A stretch of 63,708 bases of DNA, from the sequence record SRR31156797_886; one strand, written 5' to 3'. Below are positions 27,713 through 38,049 of the stretch, piece after piece. The notes below the pieces were generated by a model. That model was not told where the DNA came from. It made no database searches and was given only the letters and a program-made list of their open reading frames with translations. Made by a program: the position numbers and the translations under genes. Numbering within the stretch: position 1 is the first letter of the stretch; each line of letters opens with the position of its first letter.

Positions 27713-28987
27713 TCAATCAGTTAATTTATCAATTTCAATAATTAACCGCTTTTTAACAAAATCAGGATTATAATCCAGTAGCATATCTGTTAAATTATAT
27801 CCTGTTTGATATTGTACCCCATTCTGTGGAAAGCCCTTGGCCCTGTATTCCCAGGCAAATGCTTCGGATGGTCTGATCCTGAAAATCCGGAGCTTTGTAT
27901 ACCTGCGGGGAGGCAATGGTATCGAAAACCTAAACCCTCCATCATAATCATCCTTGGTTGCTAATGCGAAAAAACCTATTTTCACCTGTCCAAACTGACG
28001 AAGAACTTCAAATCGTGCAGCCAGCACATTAAAAAGAAAGTTTCCAACTTCGAGTCTTGCCACAAGATCATATGGTTTGTATCGATATTGAGCGTTAACC
28101 ATTGCAATCAGATATTTTTGCTTATCGTAAAACTCTGTTTGGATCCCTGTGAAAGAATAGTAACCCGTATATCCTACGTCCGCTCCAATTTCGAAAACTC
28201 CTTCTTTGAATAACTTCCTGATTTCAAAATTAGCTCCTGCCCTGTTTTTGTTAAAAAATCCAGCAGTAACATTCATGTAGAAATTGTCTTCGAGGTTCAG
28301 AAACTGGTTAAGTGTAATGTTTCCAGGTCGTATGGTTTCACGCTCAGCAACAAAATAAAAATCATTTTGAATCGGAATGATCAGTTGCGCTTTCAATGTC
28401 AGGCCTCTGGCCAGCGTAGAATTTATCTCGGGTATCAAATTGATATTCGATTCAACCGGGTTATCAAAATTGCCAAACTTTGCCGACCAAGTAGGCATCA
28501 CCGGCAAATCAATCTTAAACCTGGATGAATTTTCAAAATCATTATGATTTGATTCAAACCCGGATACTTCTAAAGTTGCAAACATTTCATTAAAAAAAGA
28601 TTCACCGCTGATGATTGTATCCAGATACTGTTCGTAAGCATCGAAAGGTAAAACCAACCGAAGCATTGGAACCTCATCATTTAATAAAATCAGATCAAGA
28701 ATTTTATCTTTAATTGACCTGTTTTCGTTAACGATATCAATAATTTCTGCCATACCACGCGGATTAAAACGATATCTTCTATCCTCGTAAAAAACCCTCA
28801 GGGTATCGTTAAATGAATCAACCTTAACATTCTCAAAACCTTCTTCGATGATTTTATTTAAAACCACAGAATTTGGTTTTTGCGTAAAGACATCCTTAGA
28901 AAATCCAAAAATGAGGAAAACAATATGACAAAGAACGATTAATAAATTCTTAATATTTAAGCAGTTAAAAAACTCTTTCCTCTCCAA
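27713..28987 (-). CDS. YjbH-like outer-membrane protein
   Basis: EGFENVKV..D.L.V.YEDRRYR N-terminal domain followed by many amphipathic beta strands (GGFRFSIPLPP); TTG start; -7 box at 29042-29049. Confidence 0.55.
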   Translation of the reverse strand: MERKEFFNCLNIKNLLIVLCHIVFLIFGFSKDVFTQKPNSVVLNKIIEEGFENVKVDSFNDTLRVFYEDRRYRFNPRGMAEIIDIVNENRSIKDKILDLILLNDEVPMLRLVLPFDAYEQYLDTIISGESFFNEMFATLEVSGFESNHNDFENSSRFKIDLPVMPTWSAKFGNFDNPVESNINLIPEINSTLARGLTLKAQLIIPIQNDFYFVAERETIRPGNITLNQFLNLEDNFYMNVTAGFFNKNRAGANFEIRKLFKEGVFEIGADVGYTGYYSFTGIQTEFYDKQKYLIAMVNAQYRYKPYDLVARLEVGNFLFNVLAARFEVLRQFGQVKIGFFALATKDDYDGGFRFSIPLPPRRYTKLRIFRIRPSEAFAWEYRAKGFPQNGVQYQTGYNLTDMLLDYNPDFVKKRLIIEIDKLTD

Positions 28988-29213
28988 TCAAGTATTTGTT
29001 TCAGTTGCAGTATACTGCATTTTACAATAGATACTTTTTTGCAAACATACACCAAAAAGAATTATAATCCAAGATTAGTCTGCAATTTGAGGTTAAAAAA
29101 AATTAATTAAAGTTGTTTCTATAACTAAAAAAATATCCATCTAACTTAGCAAGCTGATTTCTAACAATTTTATGATAGAAAAGTTTATTAAAAATTATAA
29201 TAGCAGGATTTAA

Positions 29214-30545
29214 ATGTATGCGCAATTTCTAAAGTTCGTTGACCGGCATCAACTTTTCAAAAATGACCAAAAAATATTACTGGCGGTAAGTGGAGGTATT
29301 GATTCGATGGTAATGGTAAATTTGTTCATCAAAGCCTCCATTGATGTGGCTTTCGCCCATTGCAACTTTGGACTGAGAGGTGAAGAAAGTGATGCCGATG
29401 AAAAGTTTGTAAGGCTTATTGCTGACAAACATAATATTCCTATATATATTGAAAAACCGGATACCAGATATTATGCAGCAAAAAACAAGCTGTCCATACA
29501 AATGGCTGCAAGAGAGCTGAGATATACCTGGTTTGATCATCTTGTGCAAATTAGTGGTTTTCAGTTATATGCTACAGCACACCACTTTGATGATCAAATG
29601 GAGACATTTTTTATCAACCTGCTGCGTGGAACTGGTATAAGTGGACTGGGGGGGATCCCCGTAAAAAATGGAAATTGTATCAGGCCGCTGTTATTTGCCG
29701 ACCGTGAAATGATAAACAACTGGGCACAATCGAATGGGATAGAATACCGTGAAGATAGCTCAAATAAAACCGACAACTACCTGAGAAACAAGATCAGACA
29801 CAGGGTTTTACCTGGCCTTAAGGAAGCAAGGGAAAGCTATAAATCCGGATTTGAACAAACAATGAATGCCATGAACTTAACAGACAAATTCATCGGCAGA
29901 CAAATTGCCAGAATCAAATCAGAAATAATGCACCAGCTTGATGATCACATTTTAATTGACCTTGATAAACTGACCCAACTTGAAGATCAAACTTTTGTAT
30001 TGTTTGAGCTGCTTCAACCATTCAATTTTAATTTCTCAACTGTAAGTAATATCATCTCAGGACTGGGTAAAACATCCGGAAAAAGATTTCTCTCGGAAAC
30101 GCATGAATTGATCATCGATCGAAAATTTCTCATACTCATTGATATTAAGCCCCGGAAAGACCTGTTGATAAAAATACAGAGCGATACTTCAAAAATCAAT
30201 GCCCCTTTAAACCTTCGATTTTCAACTTTTGAATACACAGGGCAGCCATTCCCAAATATACCACACATTGCCTGGCTGGATTATGATAAATTAAAATTTC
30301 CGCTAGAAATAAGAAATTTCAGAAGCGGGGATTATTTTCACCCTTTGGGCATGCAGGGACACAAAAAACTTTCTGACTTTTTTATTGATGAAAAGCTTTC
30401 TATCCTCCAAAAGAGAAGCACATACGTTCTGGTCTCCGGAAATGAGATTGCCTGGGTTATCGGCCAGCGTATTGACAACAGATTTAAAATTACCGGCCAA
30501 ACTTCTACAATCTATGCCGTAGAAGTAATTTTAAAACCTCTCTAA
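29214..30545 (+). CDS. tilS: tRNA(Ile)-lysidine synthetase
   Basis: LAVSGGIDSM, AHCNFGLRG, ARELRY, TAHH..DQ.ET, IRPLL, DSSN...YLRNKIR, C-terminal GDYFHPLGM..KKLSD. Confidence 0.95.
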   Translation: MYAQFLKFVDRHQLFKNDQKILLAVSGGIDSMVMVNLFIKASIDVAFAHCNFGLRGEESDADEKFVRLIADKHNIPIYIEKPDTRYYAAKNKLSIQMAARELRYTWFDHLVQISGFQLYATAHHFDDQMETFFINLLRGTGISGLGGIPVKNGNCIRPLLFADREMINNWAQSNGIEYREDSSNKTDNYLRNKIRHRVLPGLKEARESYKSGFEQTMNAMNLTDKFIGRQIARIKSEIMHQLDDHILIDLDKLTQLEDQTFVLFELLQPFNFNFSTVSNIISGLGKTSGKRFLSETHELIIDRKFLILIDIKPRKDLLIKIQSDTSKINAPLNLRFSTFEYTGQPFPNIPHIAWLDYDKLKFPLEIRNFRSGDYFHPLGMQGHKKLSDFFIDEKLSILQKRSTYVLVSGNEIAWVIGQRIDNRFKITGQTSTIYAVEVILKPL

Positions 30546-30602
30546 ATTACTGGTGTTTAGTTTTTTTTAGCCTTTTAAAATTTTAATCACTGGCCAAATG
30601 AT

Positions 30603-30610
30603 TACTTTTG
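30603..30610 (+). promoter_or_regulatory. -7 box TACTTTTG upstream of dsbD
   Basis: TAnnTTTG match about 110 nt before ATG 30719. Confidence 0.5.
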
Positions 30611-30718
30611 CGCGCCTTAGACAGTCCCTGTCATTTTTTATGGGACAAACAAATAAAATGAACTAACTAAATCATCGTTATTCAGGTTACAAACATTGTT
30701 AAAATTAAATACGTTACA

Positions 30719-32827
30719 ATGGAAACATCTCGCTCTACATTTTTCAAAACCACTTCACTAACGATACTCATAGTCCTGCTTACCTTTTACAGCCTCATAG
30801 CTCAAGTGCTTGAGCCTGTGAAATGGAGCTACGAAAGTAAGATGCTCGAAAACAATGAAGCCGAGCTTATCTTTAAAGCAACAATCGATGACACCTGGCA
30901 TCTTTATTCACAAAACATAAATGATGGCGGACCGGTAAAAACCTCGTTTTTCTTCAACAACCTTAAAAATGTCAAATTTATTGGCATCAGTCCGAACATT
31001 ACTGAGGAAGAAGGTTTTGAACCTGGCAGTAAATTATTCAGGGTGACTTTTTCTGAACCTGAACCCATCGAAGAAGAAGACCCAAATTTCAATATGGTGG
31101 TCAAATATTTTGGCCATGAAGCAGAGTTTAAACAACGGATAAAGCTGCCCTCGGATGATCCGCTGAAATTGGATGGATTTATTGAATTTATGTGCTGCGA
31201 CGATGAAAAGTGCCTCCCGCCGGCAGAGTATGAATTTGAGTTTGCTTTCAACCAAACCGAAGAATCAGCAACCTCTGCAGTTGAGGCAGATGAAAGTTCC
31301 AATACTGAAATCACCAACGACCTCACCGGTGAGAATCAAAAAAACCTGTGGGGATTTTTCCTGGTAAGTTTCCTTTTTGGTCTTGCTGCAATTTTAACAC
31401 CCTGCGTTTTCCCCATGATCCCGATGACGGTTTCATTTTTCATGAAAAGCGGTGAAAACAAAGCCAAAGGCCGGATGGAAGCAACAATTTACGGCATCTC
31501 CATTATTGTAATTTATGTGTTTATTGGATCAGTGCTTGCGGTTGTTGCCGGACCTGATATTGCCAATTGGCTTTCAACTCATTGGTTGCCAAACATTTTA
31601 TTCTTTTTGATTTTTGTGATTTTTGCTGCTTCATTTTTCGGCATGTTCGAGATTGTGATGCCCAACTGGCTGGTAAACAAATCAGCGGCCAATGAAGATC
31701 GCGGTGGGTTTACAGGCCCTATTTTTATGGCCCTTACCCTGGTTTTGGTGTCGTTTAGCTGCACAGGCCCAATCGTTGGTACTATCCTGGTTGAATCTGC
31801 AGGTGGCCAGTTTCTAAAGCCAATTGTCGGAATGCTGGGATTCTCTCTGGCTTTTGCACTTCCATTCACGTTATTTGCTTTCTTTCCGCAATATCTCAAT
31901 AAGTTGCCAAAATCCGGTGGCTGGCTTAACTCAGTCAAAGTAGTTTTGGGATTCCTCGAACTGGCTTTGGGATTAAAATTCCTGAGTGTTGCTGACCAGA
32001 CATATCACTGGGGCCTCCTGGACCGTGAAGTGTATATTGCGCTTTGGATTGTTATATTCTTCCTGATGGGTGTTTACCTGCTGGGAAAACTCAAATTTGC
32101 CCATGATAGCGATGTGAAATTTCTGAGTGTTCCGCGATTGTTTTTGGCCATTGCCACATTTGCCTTCGTGATTTATTTGATCCCGGGTATGTGGGGAGCT
32201 CCGCTGAAGGCACTCTCGGGATATATGCCGCCTATGCACACCCACGATTTTGATATGACAAAAATTATCCGGGAAAATGGCGGCGGCCTGGCTTCAAATG
32301 AACAGGAAATATGTGAAACACCGAAGTACCATGATTTTCTGCATTTGCCGCACGGCCTGGAAGGTTACTTCGACTATGAACAGGCACTGGCTTGTGCCAA
32401 AGAACAAAACAAACCGATTTTTATTGATTTCACCGGCCATGGATGCGTAAACTGCCGTGAGATGGAGGCCAATGTGTGGGTCGACCCAAAAGTGCTGAAA
32501 ATGCTACGGGAAGATTACATTGTTACCGCACTCTATGTTGATGATAAAACCAGACTTCCTGAAGATGATTGGGTGACATCGGAATATGATGGTAAGGTGA
32601 AGAAAACGGTAGGAAAGAAATATGCCGACTTCCAGATATCAAAATTCAATACCAACGCTCAGCCCTACTATGTTCTGCTCGACACGAATGGTGAAATGCT
32701 TGTGAGCCCACGAGCTTACGACCTGGATATTGATGAATTTGTGGATTTCCTGAAACGTGGGCTTGAGGAATTTGAAAAAAGAAGCCAAAAGAAACCGGAA
32801 GAATTTTTTAATCCGGCCATATTATAA
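30719..32827 (+). CDS. dsbD: DsbD-family protein-disulfide reductase (DsbD-N, TM and thioredoxin domains)
   Basis: WHLYS, MCCDDEKCLPP, TPCVFPMIP, SCTGP, LPKSGGWL, DFTGHGCVNCREME. Confidence 0.9.
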   Translation: METSRSTFFKTTSLTILIVLLTFYSLIAQVLEPVKWSYESKMLENNEAELIFKATIDDTWHLYSQNINDGGPVKTSFFFNNLKNVKFIGISPNITEEEGFEPGSKLFRVTFSEPEPIEEEDPNFNMVVKYFGHEAEFKQRIKLPSDDPLKLDGFIEFMCCDDEKCLPPAEYEFEFAFNQTEESATSAVEADESSNTEITNDLTGENQKNLWGFFLVSFLFGLAAILTPCVFPMIPMTVSFFMKSGENKAKGRMEATIYGISIIVIYVFIGSVLAVVAGPDIANWLSTHWLPNILFFLIFVIFAASFFGMFEIVMPNWLVNKSAANEDRGGFTGPIFMALTLVLVSFSCTGPIVGTILVESAGGQFLKPIVGMLGFSLAFALPFTLFAFFPQYLNKLPKSGGWLNSVKVVLGFLELALGLKFLSVADQTYHWGLLDREVYIALWIVIFFLMGVYLLGKLKFAHDSDVKFLSVPRLFLAIATFAFVIYLIPGMWGAPLKALSGYMPPMHTHDFDMTKIIRENGGGLASNEQEICETPKYHDFLHLPHGLEGYFDYEQALACAKEQNKPIFIDFTGHGCVNCREMEANVWVDPKVLKMLREDYIVTALYVDDKTRLPEDDWVTSEYDGKVKKTVGKKYADFQISKFNTNAQPYYVLLDTNGEMLVSPRAYDLDIDEFVDFLKRGLEEFEKRSQKKPEEFFNPAIL

Positions 32828-32850
32828 AACACGGTTATAAACAAAATGAA

Positions 32851-32890
32851 AGCCCGCTGTGCCATAGCGCAACGGGCTCTTTTATTTTAT
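32851..32890 (+). terminator. Terminator between dsbD and the convergent hypothetical gene
   Basis: AGCCCG...CGGGCT stem followed by T-rich sequence. Confidence 0.55.
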
Positions 32891-32912
32891 TTAAGTAGTT
32901 ATTGGGTGCTGA

Positions 32913-33362
32913 TTAGTTGTTTAACAGTGAGTTTCTGCGGTCCAAAAGCTTATCGATCTGTTCCGCTGTAAGGCCAGGCTTTTTAAGTGCCTCATCAATT
33001 TTGCCAATCTCAGTTGACGGCTGAATGACCTCCTCTTTGGAAGAAACCTCATTACTGATATCCTGTTCAACCTCATCCTCGGTAATCAGTTCTTCTTCTT
33101 CAAAATCTTCTCCGAGTTCGGTTTGCAGATGCTTGATGAATTCCCGCATCATTTGCTGAAATGGCAATCCCATTTGGGTAAACATCTCTTTTGGAATGTT
33201 ATTTTTAACCATTTCATAATTGTTGATGATAAAGTCGAGGTTTTGGGCAAAAGCCGGGTCCAGATGCGAATAATCTTCTGCCCTGGATTTATCTTTAATT
33301 TTTTTGAAAAGCCTGATCAGTTTCTCAAGGTCCTTCTCAAAATTGTCGTTCGATTCACTCAT
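32913..33362 (-). CDS. Hypothetical acidic helical protein (149 aa)
   Basis: Clean ORF with ATG; -7 box TATTTTTG at 33382-33389; no recognisable motif. Confidence 0.75.
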   Translation of the reverse strand: MSESNDNFEKDLEKLIRLFKKIKDKSRAEDYSHLDPAFAQNLDFIINNYEMVKNNIPKEMFTQMGLPFQQMMREFIKHLQTELGEDFEEEELITEDEVEQDISNEVSSKEEVIQPSTEIGKIDEALKKPGLTAEQIDKLLDRRNSLLNN

Positions 33363-33470
33363 GTATTGATTAACTTTTGTGCAAAAATAACTATTTAAGA
33401 CAAATTGAATACGTGGCAGTTAACGATCAAAAATGATGCTAATTGTCAAGAAATCATTACATACACAAAC

Positions 33471-33506
33471 AAAAAAGGGGATTACCTATCGGAAGGCACT
33501 CCCCTT
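33471..33506 (-). terminator. Terminator after the M20 dipeptidase gene
   Basis: A6 run with stem AAGGGGA/TCCCCTT. Confidence 0.6.
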
Positions 33507-33529
33507 GCTTGTTTCGCAAAAGTATTTTA

Positions 33530-34900
33530 TTATGCCATTAATTCAGCATAGTACTTGTAGAAGTAAGGAATGGTTTCGATACCCTTGTAAAAATTAAAAA
33601 GCGGATAGTTTTCGTTGGGAGAGTGAATGGCATCCGATTCGAGTCCAAAACCCATCAGGATTGACTTGATTCCCAAGATTTTTTCGAAAGAAGAAATAAT
33701 TGGTATGCTACCACCACTGCGTACCGGAACCGGCTTTTTATTAAATGTATCCGTGTAAGCTTTGTCAGCAGCAATATAGGCTTTCATATCAGTTGGTGAA
33801 ACATAGCCATAGCCGCCATGTAATGATTCAACTTTTACTTTTACACTTTTGGGTGCAATGCTTTCGAAATGTTTTTGGAAAAGCTCAGCAATTTTATGAT
33901 GATCCTGGTCTGGAACGAGCCTCATTGAAATTTTGGCATGGGCCGTTGAAGGAATCACAGTTTTTGCACCTTCGCCGGTATACCCACCCCAAATACCATT
34001 CACATCGAGTGATGGACGGATCCCGGTACGTTCCATGGTAGAGAAGCCTTCTTCACCATGCACTTCATCAATGTTAATCGCTTTTTTATATTCATCAAGT
34101 TCAAATGGTGCTTTGGCCATTTCCTTACGTTCATCGACCGGAACTTCCATAACATCATCATAAAATCCAGGAATGGTAATCCGGTTTTTATTATCCTGCA
34201 ACAAAGCGATCATTTTTGTCAGGATGTTAATCGGGTTGGCAACAGCTCCGCCATAAAGTCCTGAGTGCAGGTCACGATTTGGTCCCGTAACTGTAACTTC
34301 CACGTATGCAAGTCCGCGCAGGCCGGTTGTAATCGACGGAATATCCTGGGCAATCATGCCTGTATCGGAAACAAGAATTACATCGGCCTTAAGCATATCT
34401 TTATGTTTTTCACAAAAAGCACCCAAACTTGGCGAACCTACTTCTTCTTCACCCTCAATCATGAACTTTACATTGCAGGGAAGTGTGTCTGTATTCACCA
34501 TCAGTTCAAAAGCTTTGGCATGCATAAATGCCTGGCCTTTGTCGTCATCGGCGCCACGTGCCCAAATCTTACCATCTTTAACAACAGGTTCAAAAGGTTT
34601 TGTATTCCAGAGCTCAACGGGATCGACAGGCATTACGTCGTAGTGCCCATAAACCAGAACTGTTGGTTTGGCAGGGTCGATCATTTTTTCAGCATAAACA
34701 ACAGGGTTACCTGATGAGGGCATAACTTCGGCCTTATCTGCTCCGGCCGCCAGGATAAATTCTTTCCATTTCTCAGCAGCCTTTATCATATCATCCTTAT
34801 GTTCAGTTTGTGAACTAATTGAAGGGATTCTGATCAACTCAAATAATTCTTCTAAAAATCTGTCCTTGTTCTGTTCGATGTACTCGTTTACGTGTTTCAT
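33530..34900 (-). CDS. M20/M25/M40-family dipeptidase
   Basis: YGHYDVMP, RGADDDKGQ, EGEEEVGS, DLHSGLYGG, GGSIP, IHSPNE. Confidence 0.92.
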   Translation of the reverse strand: MKHVNEYIEQNKDRFLEELFELIRIPSISSQTEHKDDMIKAAEKWKEFILAAGADKAEVMPSSGNPVVYAEKMIDPAKPTVLVYGHYDVMPVDPVELWNTKPFEPVVKDGKIWARGADDDKGQAFMHAKAFELMVNTDTLPCNVKFMIEGEEEVGSPSLGAFCEKHKDMLKADVILVSDTGMIAQDIPSITTGLRGLAYVEVTVTGPNRDLHSGLYGGAVANPINILTKMIALLQDNKNRITIPGFYDDVMEVPVDERKEMAKAPFELDEYKKAINIDEVHGEEGFSTMERTGIRPSLDVNGIWGGYTGEGAKTVIPSTAHAKISMRLVPDQDHHKIAELFQKHFESIAPKSVKVKVESLHGGYGYVSPTDMKAYIAADKAYTDTFNKKPVPVRSGGSIPIISSFEKILGIKSILMGFGLESDAIHSPNENYPLFNFYKGIETIPYFYKYYAELMA

Positions 34901-35020
34901 TATAGATAATGTGTTTTTATTATGTTTTGTAAAAATGTTGCAATCCTTTGAGGGCTATAAATGCATAAATTTGCATGACCCCATTTTGAGGGGCGTAAAA
35001 GTATAAAAATCAATCGAATT

Positions 35021-36031
35021 ATGACAAAAATCAGGGTCGCAATAAATGGTTTTGGAAGAATAGGAAGACTATTCTGCCGACAGATGATGAACAACCAAAA
35101 CATGGAATTGGTTGCCATTAACGACATAACAGATACATACACGTTGTGCCACCTGCTGAAATACGACTCCGTGCACAGGAAATTTCCCGGCTCGGTAAAG
35201 CATGACCAGGATCACCTCTATATTAATGACAACACCATAAAAGTAACAAGCATTTCAAATCCGGAGCATTGCCCCTGGGGTAAAATGGACATTGATGTGG
35301 TTGTGGAATCAACAGGAAATTTTGTAACTAAAGAAGTGGCCACATTACATCTTAAGGCCGGTGCAAAAAAGGTGGTCATTTCTGCCCCTGCAAAGGGAGA
35401 AAGCGATGGCGTGCAATACATTGTACTAGGTGTGAATGACCATTTGATCGATCGAAATGATAAGATCATCAGTAACTCATCCTGCACCACCAACAACGTT
35501 GCGCCACTCATCAAAATCCTCCACGACAACTGGGGTGTTGAAAAAGGATTTATCACAACCGTACACTCATATACCAAAGATCAGCATTTACTGGATTCAC
35601 CGCACAAAGACTTGCGTCGGGGACGGGCGGCTGCTTATTCAATCGTGCCAACCACCACCGGCGCTGCAAAAGCCGCAACCAAAATTTTTCCGCACCTCGA
35701 AAACAACCTGGGTGGTGCCGGCATCAGGGTACCTGTGCCTGACGGATCACTCACCGACCTCACCTGTACACTCAACAAACCTGCCAGCATAAAAGCGATA
35801 AATCAAAAGTTCAGGGAAGCTGCAGAGGGCATGATGAAGGGCATTTTGGAATACACCGAAGATCCGATTGTGAGCATGGATATTATCGGGAATACGCACT
35901 CTGCAGTGTTTGATGCCGGATTAACTGCGGTACTTGGCGAAAAAAACAAACTGGTGAAAGTTGTGGCCTGGTACGACAATGAGATGGGATATTCAACCCG
36001 CCTGGTTGAACTGATTGAAAAGTTTGTTTAA
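35021..36031 (+). CDS. gap: Type I glyceraldehyde-3-phosphate dehydrogenase (paralogue 1)
   Basis: INGFGRIGR, catalytic SCTTN, HSYT, TTTGAAK, RVP, WYDNE; -7 box TAAATTTG at 34966-34973. Confidence 0.93.
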   Translation: MTKIRVAINGFGRIGRLFCRQMMNNQNMELVAINDITDTYTLCHLLKYDSVHRKFPGSVKHDQDHLYINDNTIKVTSISNPEHCPWGKMDIDVVVESTGNFVTKEVATLHLKAGAKKVVISAPAKGESDGVQYIVLGVNDHLIDRNDKIISNSSCTTNNVAPLIKILHDNWGVEKGFITTVHSYTKDQHLLDSPHKDLRRGRAAAYSIVPTTTGAAKAATKIFPHLENNLGGAGIRVPVPDGSLTDLTCTLNKPASIKAINQKFREAAEGMMKGILEYTEDPIVSMDIIGNTHSAVFDAGLTAVLGEKNKLVKVVAWYDNEMGYSTRLVELIEKFV

Positions 36032-36039
36032 GCCATTAG

Positions 36040-36813
36040 CTAATCCTCGAATTTTTTAAGCGAGAACGCTTTCCCGTCAAAAACACCATAGGTAAAATAT
36101 TTTATCCAGTCGCCGAGATGGACGTAAAAACTATCGTTTCCCAATGGATGGATGTTTGAAATATGCCAGTGCCCAAAAATAAAGTAATTGATGGTTGGGT
36201 CCTCCGCCAATTTTTCCCTGCAATAAATCGCAAGCCGCGAATTGTCGATATCTTCAAAAAGCTGATCCTCTTTTTCTTTGGCTTCAGGTTTTTCGTTGGC
36301 ATACCTGCTCCTGCGCGACCAGAACAAACCCATCCGTGTGCCGATGTCAGGATGCAGCCAGTTGAACAGAAAACGGTTAATCTTGCGCTCAAAAATCCAT
36401 TTGATGAATTTATACCCCGTGTCGCCCGGCCCGAGGCCATCGCCATGGCTCAGGAAAAACCGCTTACCCTCAAAGTCGCGGATAACAGGATGACGATGTA
36501 GCTTGATGCCGATCTCTTTTTCGAGGTAATCAAAAGCCCACATATCATGATTTCCCCTAAAAAAATGAATTGGAATGCCTGCATCAACAATTTCAGCCAG
36601 CTTGCCCAGCAAACGCACATAGCCTTTTGGAATAACGGTTTGGTACTCAAACCAAAAATCAAACAGGTCACCCATCAGGAAGATCTCTTCGGCTTCGGAA
36701 CGGATGGAATCGAGCCATCTTATAAAACGCGCCTCCCGTTCCTTGCTCTTTTCCGGATTTGGAATGCCAAAATGAAAATCGGAGGCAAAGTATATTTTTT
36801 TGGAGTTTTTCAA
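36040..36813 (-). CDS. lpxH: UDP-2,3-diacylglucosamine diphosphatase
   Basis: FASDFHFG, GDLFDFW, GNHD, HGDG, FGHWH, LGDW. Start placed at TTG 36813 because a -7 box lies at 36834-36841. Confidence 0.85.
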   Translation of the reverse strand: MKNSKKIYFASDFHFGIPNPEKSKEREARFIRWLDSIRSEAEEIFLMGDLFDFWFEYQTVIPKGYVRLLGKLAEIVDAGIPIHFFRGNHDMWAFDYLEKEIGIKLHRHPVIRDFEGKRFFLSHGDGLGPGDTGYKFIKWIFERKINRFLFNWLHPDIGTRMGLFWSRRSRYANEKPEAKEKEDQLFEDIDNSRLAIYCREKLAEDPTINYFIFGHWHISNIHPLGNDSFYVHLGDWIKYFTYGVFDGKAFSLKKFED

Positions 36814-36870
36814 TTCCTGCTTTTGATTTCGGACAAAAGTAAACAAAGAATTGCTTTTTCTTTGGGAGCT

Positions 36871-38049
36871 TTACAAATGGGATTTATGGTTTAGCGAATC
36901 AACTGAATCCATCAGTTCGCTGAAATCTCTGGTCTTAGCCTTGATACGGCCCTGCTTATCAATAAGAAAGTAATAGGGCACCTTACCCATGACATTGAAT
37001 AATTCAGCTACATGGCTCCCGGGCCCGGCAAGGTCTGAAACATTGACCCACTTCAGGTTTTCGGTATTGATAGCAGCTTCCCAGAATTGCGCTTTGTGAT
37101 CCAGGGATACAGCAAAAATATCCAGTCCCTGATTTTTCAAGTTGGTATATTTTGATTTCAACATTTGGATATCCGCTCTGCTTTCCGGGGACCAGGACGC
37201 CCAAAAGAAAAGGATTACATTTTTCCCGGCGAATTCTGACAAGGATCGTTCAGTTCCATTTTCATCAGGAAGGGTTATTTGCGGAACCGGTTTTCCAACC
37301 TCCAGTCTTTCCTCAGCCTTTTTCTTTTCAGCCATTTGGTCTCGCCATGCTTCCATTCTTCTGGTATGCATTTTCACATGGCTGTTATCCGGATATTTTG
37401 CAAGTAAGCTATTTTCGATTTGTGTATAAAGCCCTGCATCTTCATCGATATTAAAAATCTGCCGGCCTGCAATGTTGCCGTTAATCAGCAGGAGATTAGC
37501 CATATTGCCCGGATTTTGAAGAATCAGTTCTCTGGTGGTTTCACGGTGGTTTACCAAAGCAACTTCCAGTGTAGAATCTATTGACTTTTTAACCTCAGGG
37601 AAGTCCTCCTTGTATTGACTTTCAAACAAAACCTGCCTTAACGAATCAATTACGGATTTGGTTCGTGCTGTTTGCTCATAATTCTTCTTTAATATTTCCG
37701 AACCATCATTCCCTGAAATATCGTAAGTCCTGAAAATTTGTGATGTGTCGGCAGAGATAAACAATGAATCCTGTTTATCCAAAACAATAGAAATTGCCGG
37801 GAAGTCACCAATATGCAGCAGGTAGAAGCTTTTTTCGGCCGGCAATACCCGGAGTTGGAAATTGCCCTGTGTGTCAATTTTTGCAGAATCAACTTTAATG
37901 AGCCTTCCGGTTTTTAGTTCTTCAAGAATAACCTGTTTCATGCTCGCTCCCTGAAGGCTTCCTGATACAATTGCCTGATCCGTTAAAATATCGTCCTGAC
38001 AAGAGAACAGGATAAATGTAAAAATTATTAAAGTCGTTAAATATTTCAT
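36871..38049 (-). CDS. DUF4369/TlpA-like (AhpC/TSA) lipoprotein with CxxC replaced by SPES
   Basis: Lipobox LFSC; LSEFAGKNVILFFWASWSPESR, AVSLD, VSDL, PYYFLIDKQGRI. Start at M27 (38049). Confidence 0.85.
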   Translation of the reverse strand: MKYLTTLIIFTFILFSCQDDILTDQAIVSGSLQGASMKQVILEELKTGRLIKVDSAKIDTQGNFQLRVLPAEKSFYLLHIGDFPAISIVLDKQDSLFISADTSQIFRTYDISGNDGSEILKKNYEQTARTKSVIDSLRQVLFESQYKEDFPEVKKSIDSTLEVALVNHRETTRELILQNPGNMANLLLINGNIAGRQIFNIDEDAGLYTQIENSLLAKYPDNSHVKMHTRRMEAWRDQMAEKKKAEERLEVGKPVPQITLPDENGTERSLSEFAGKNVILFFWASWSPESRADIQMLKSKYTNLKNQGLDIFAVSLDHKAQFWEAAINTENLKWVNVSDLAGPGSHVAELFNVMGKVPYYFLIDKQGRIKAKTRDFSELMDSVDSLNHKSHL

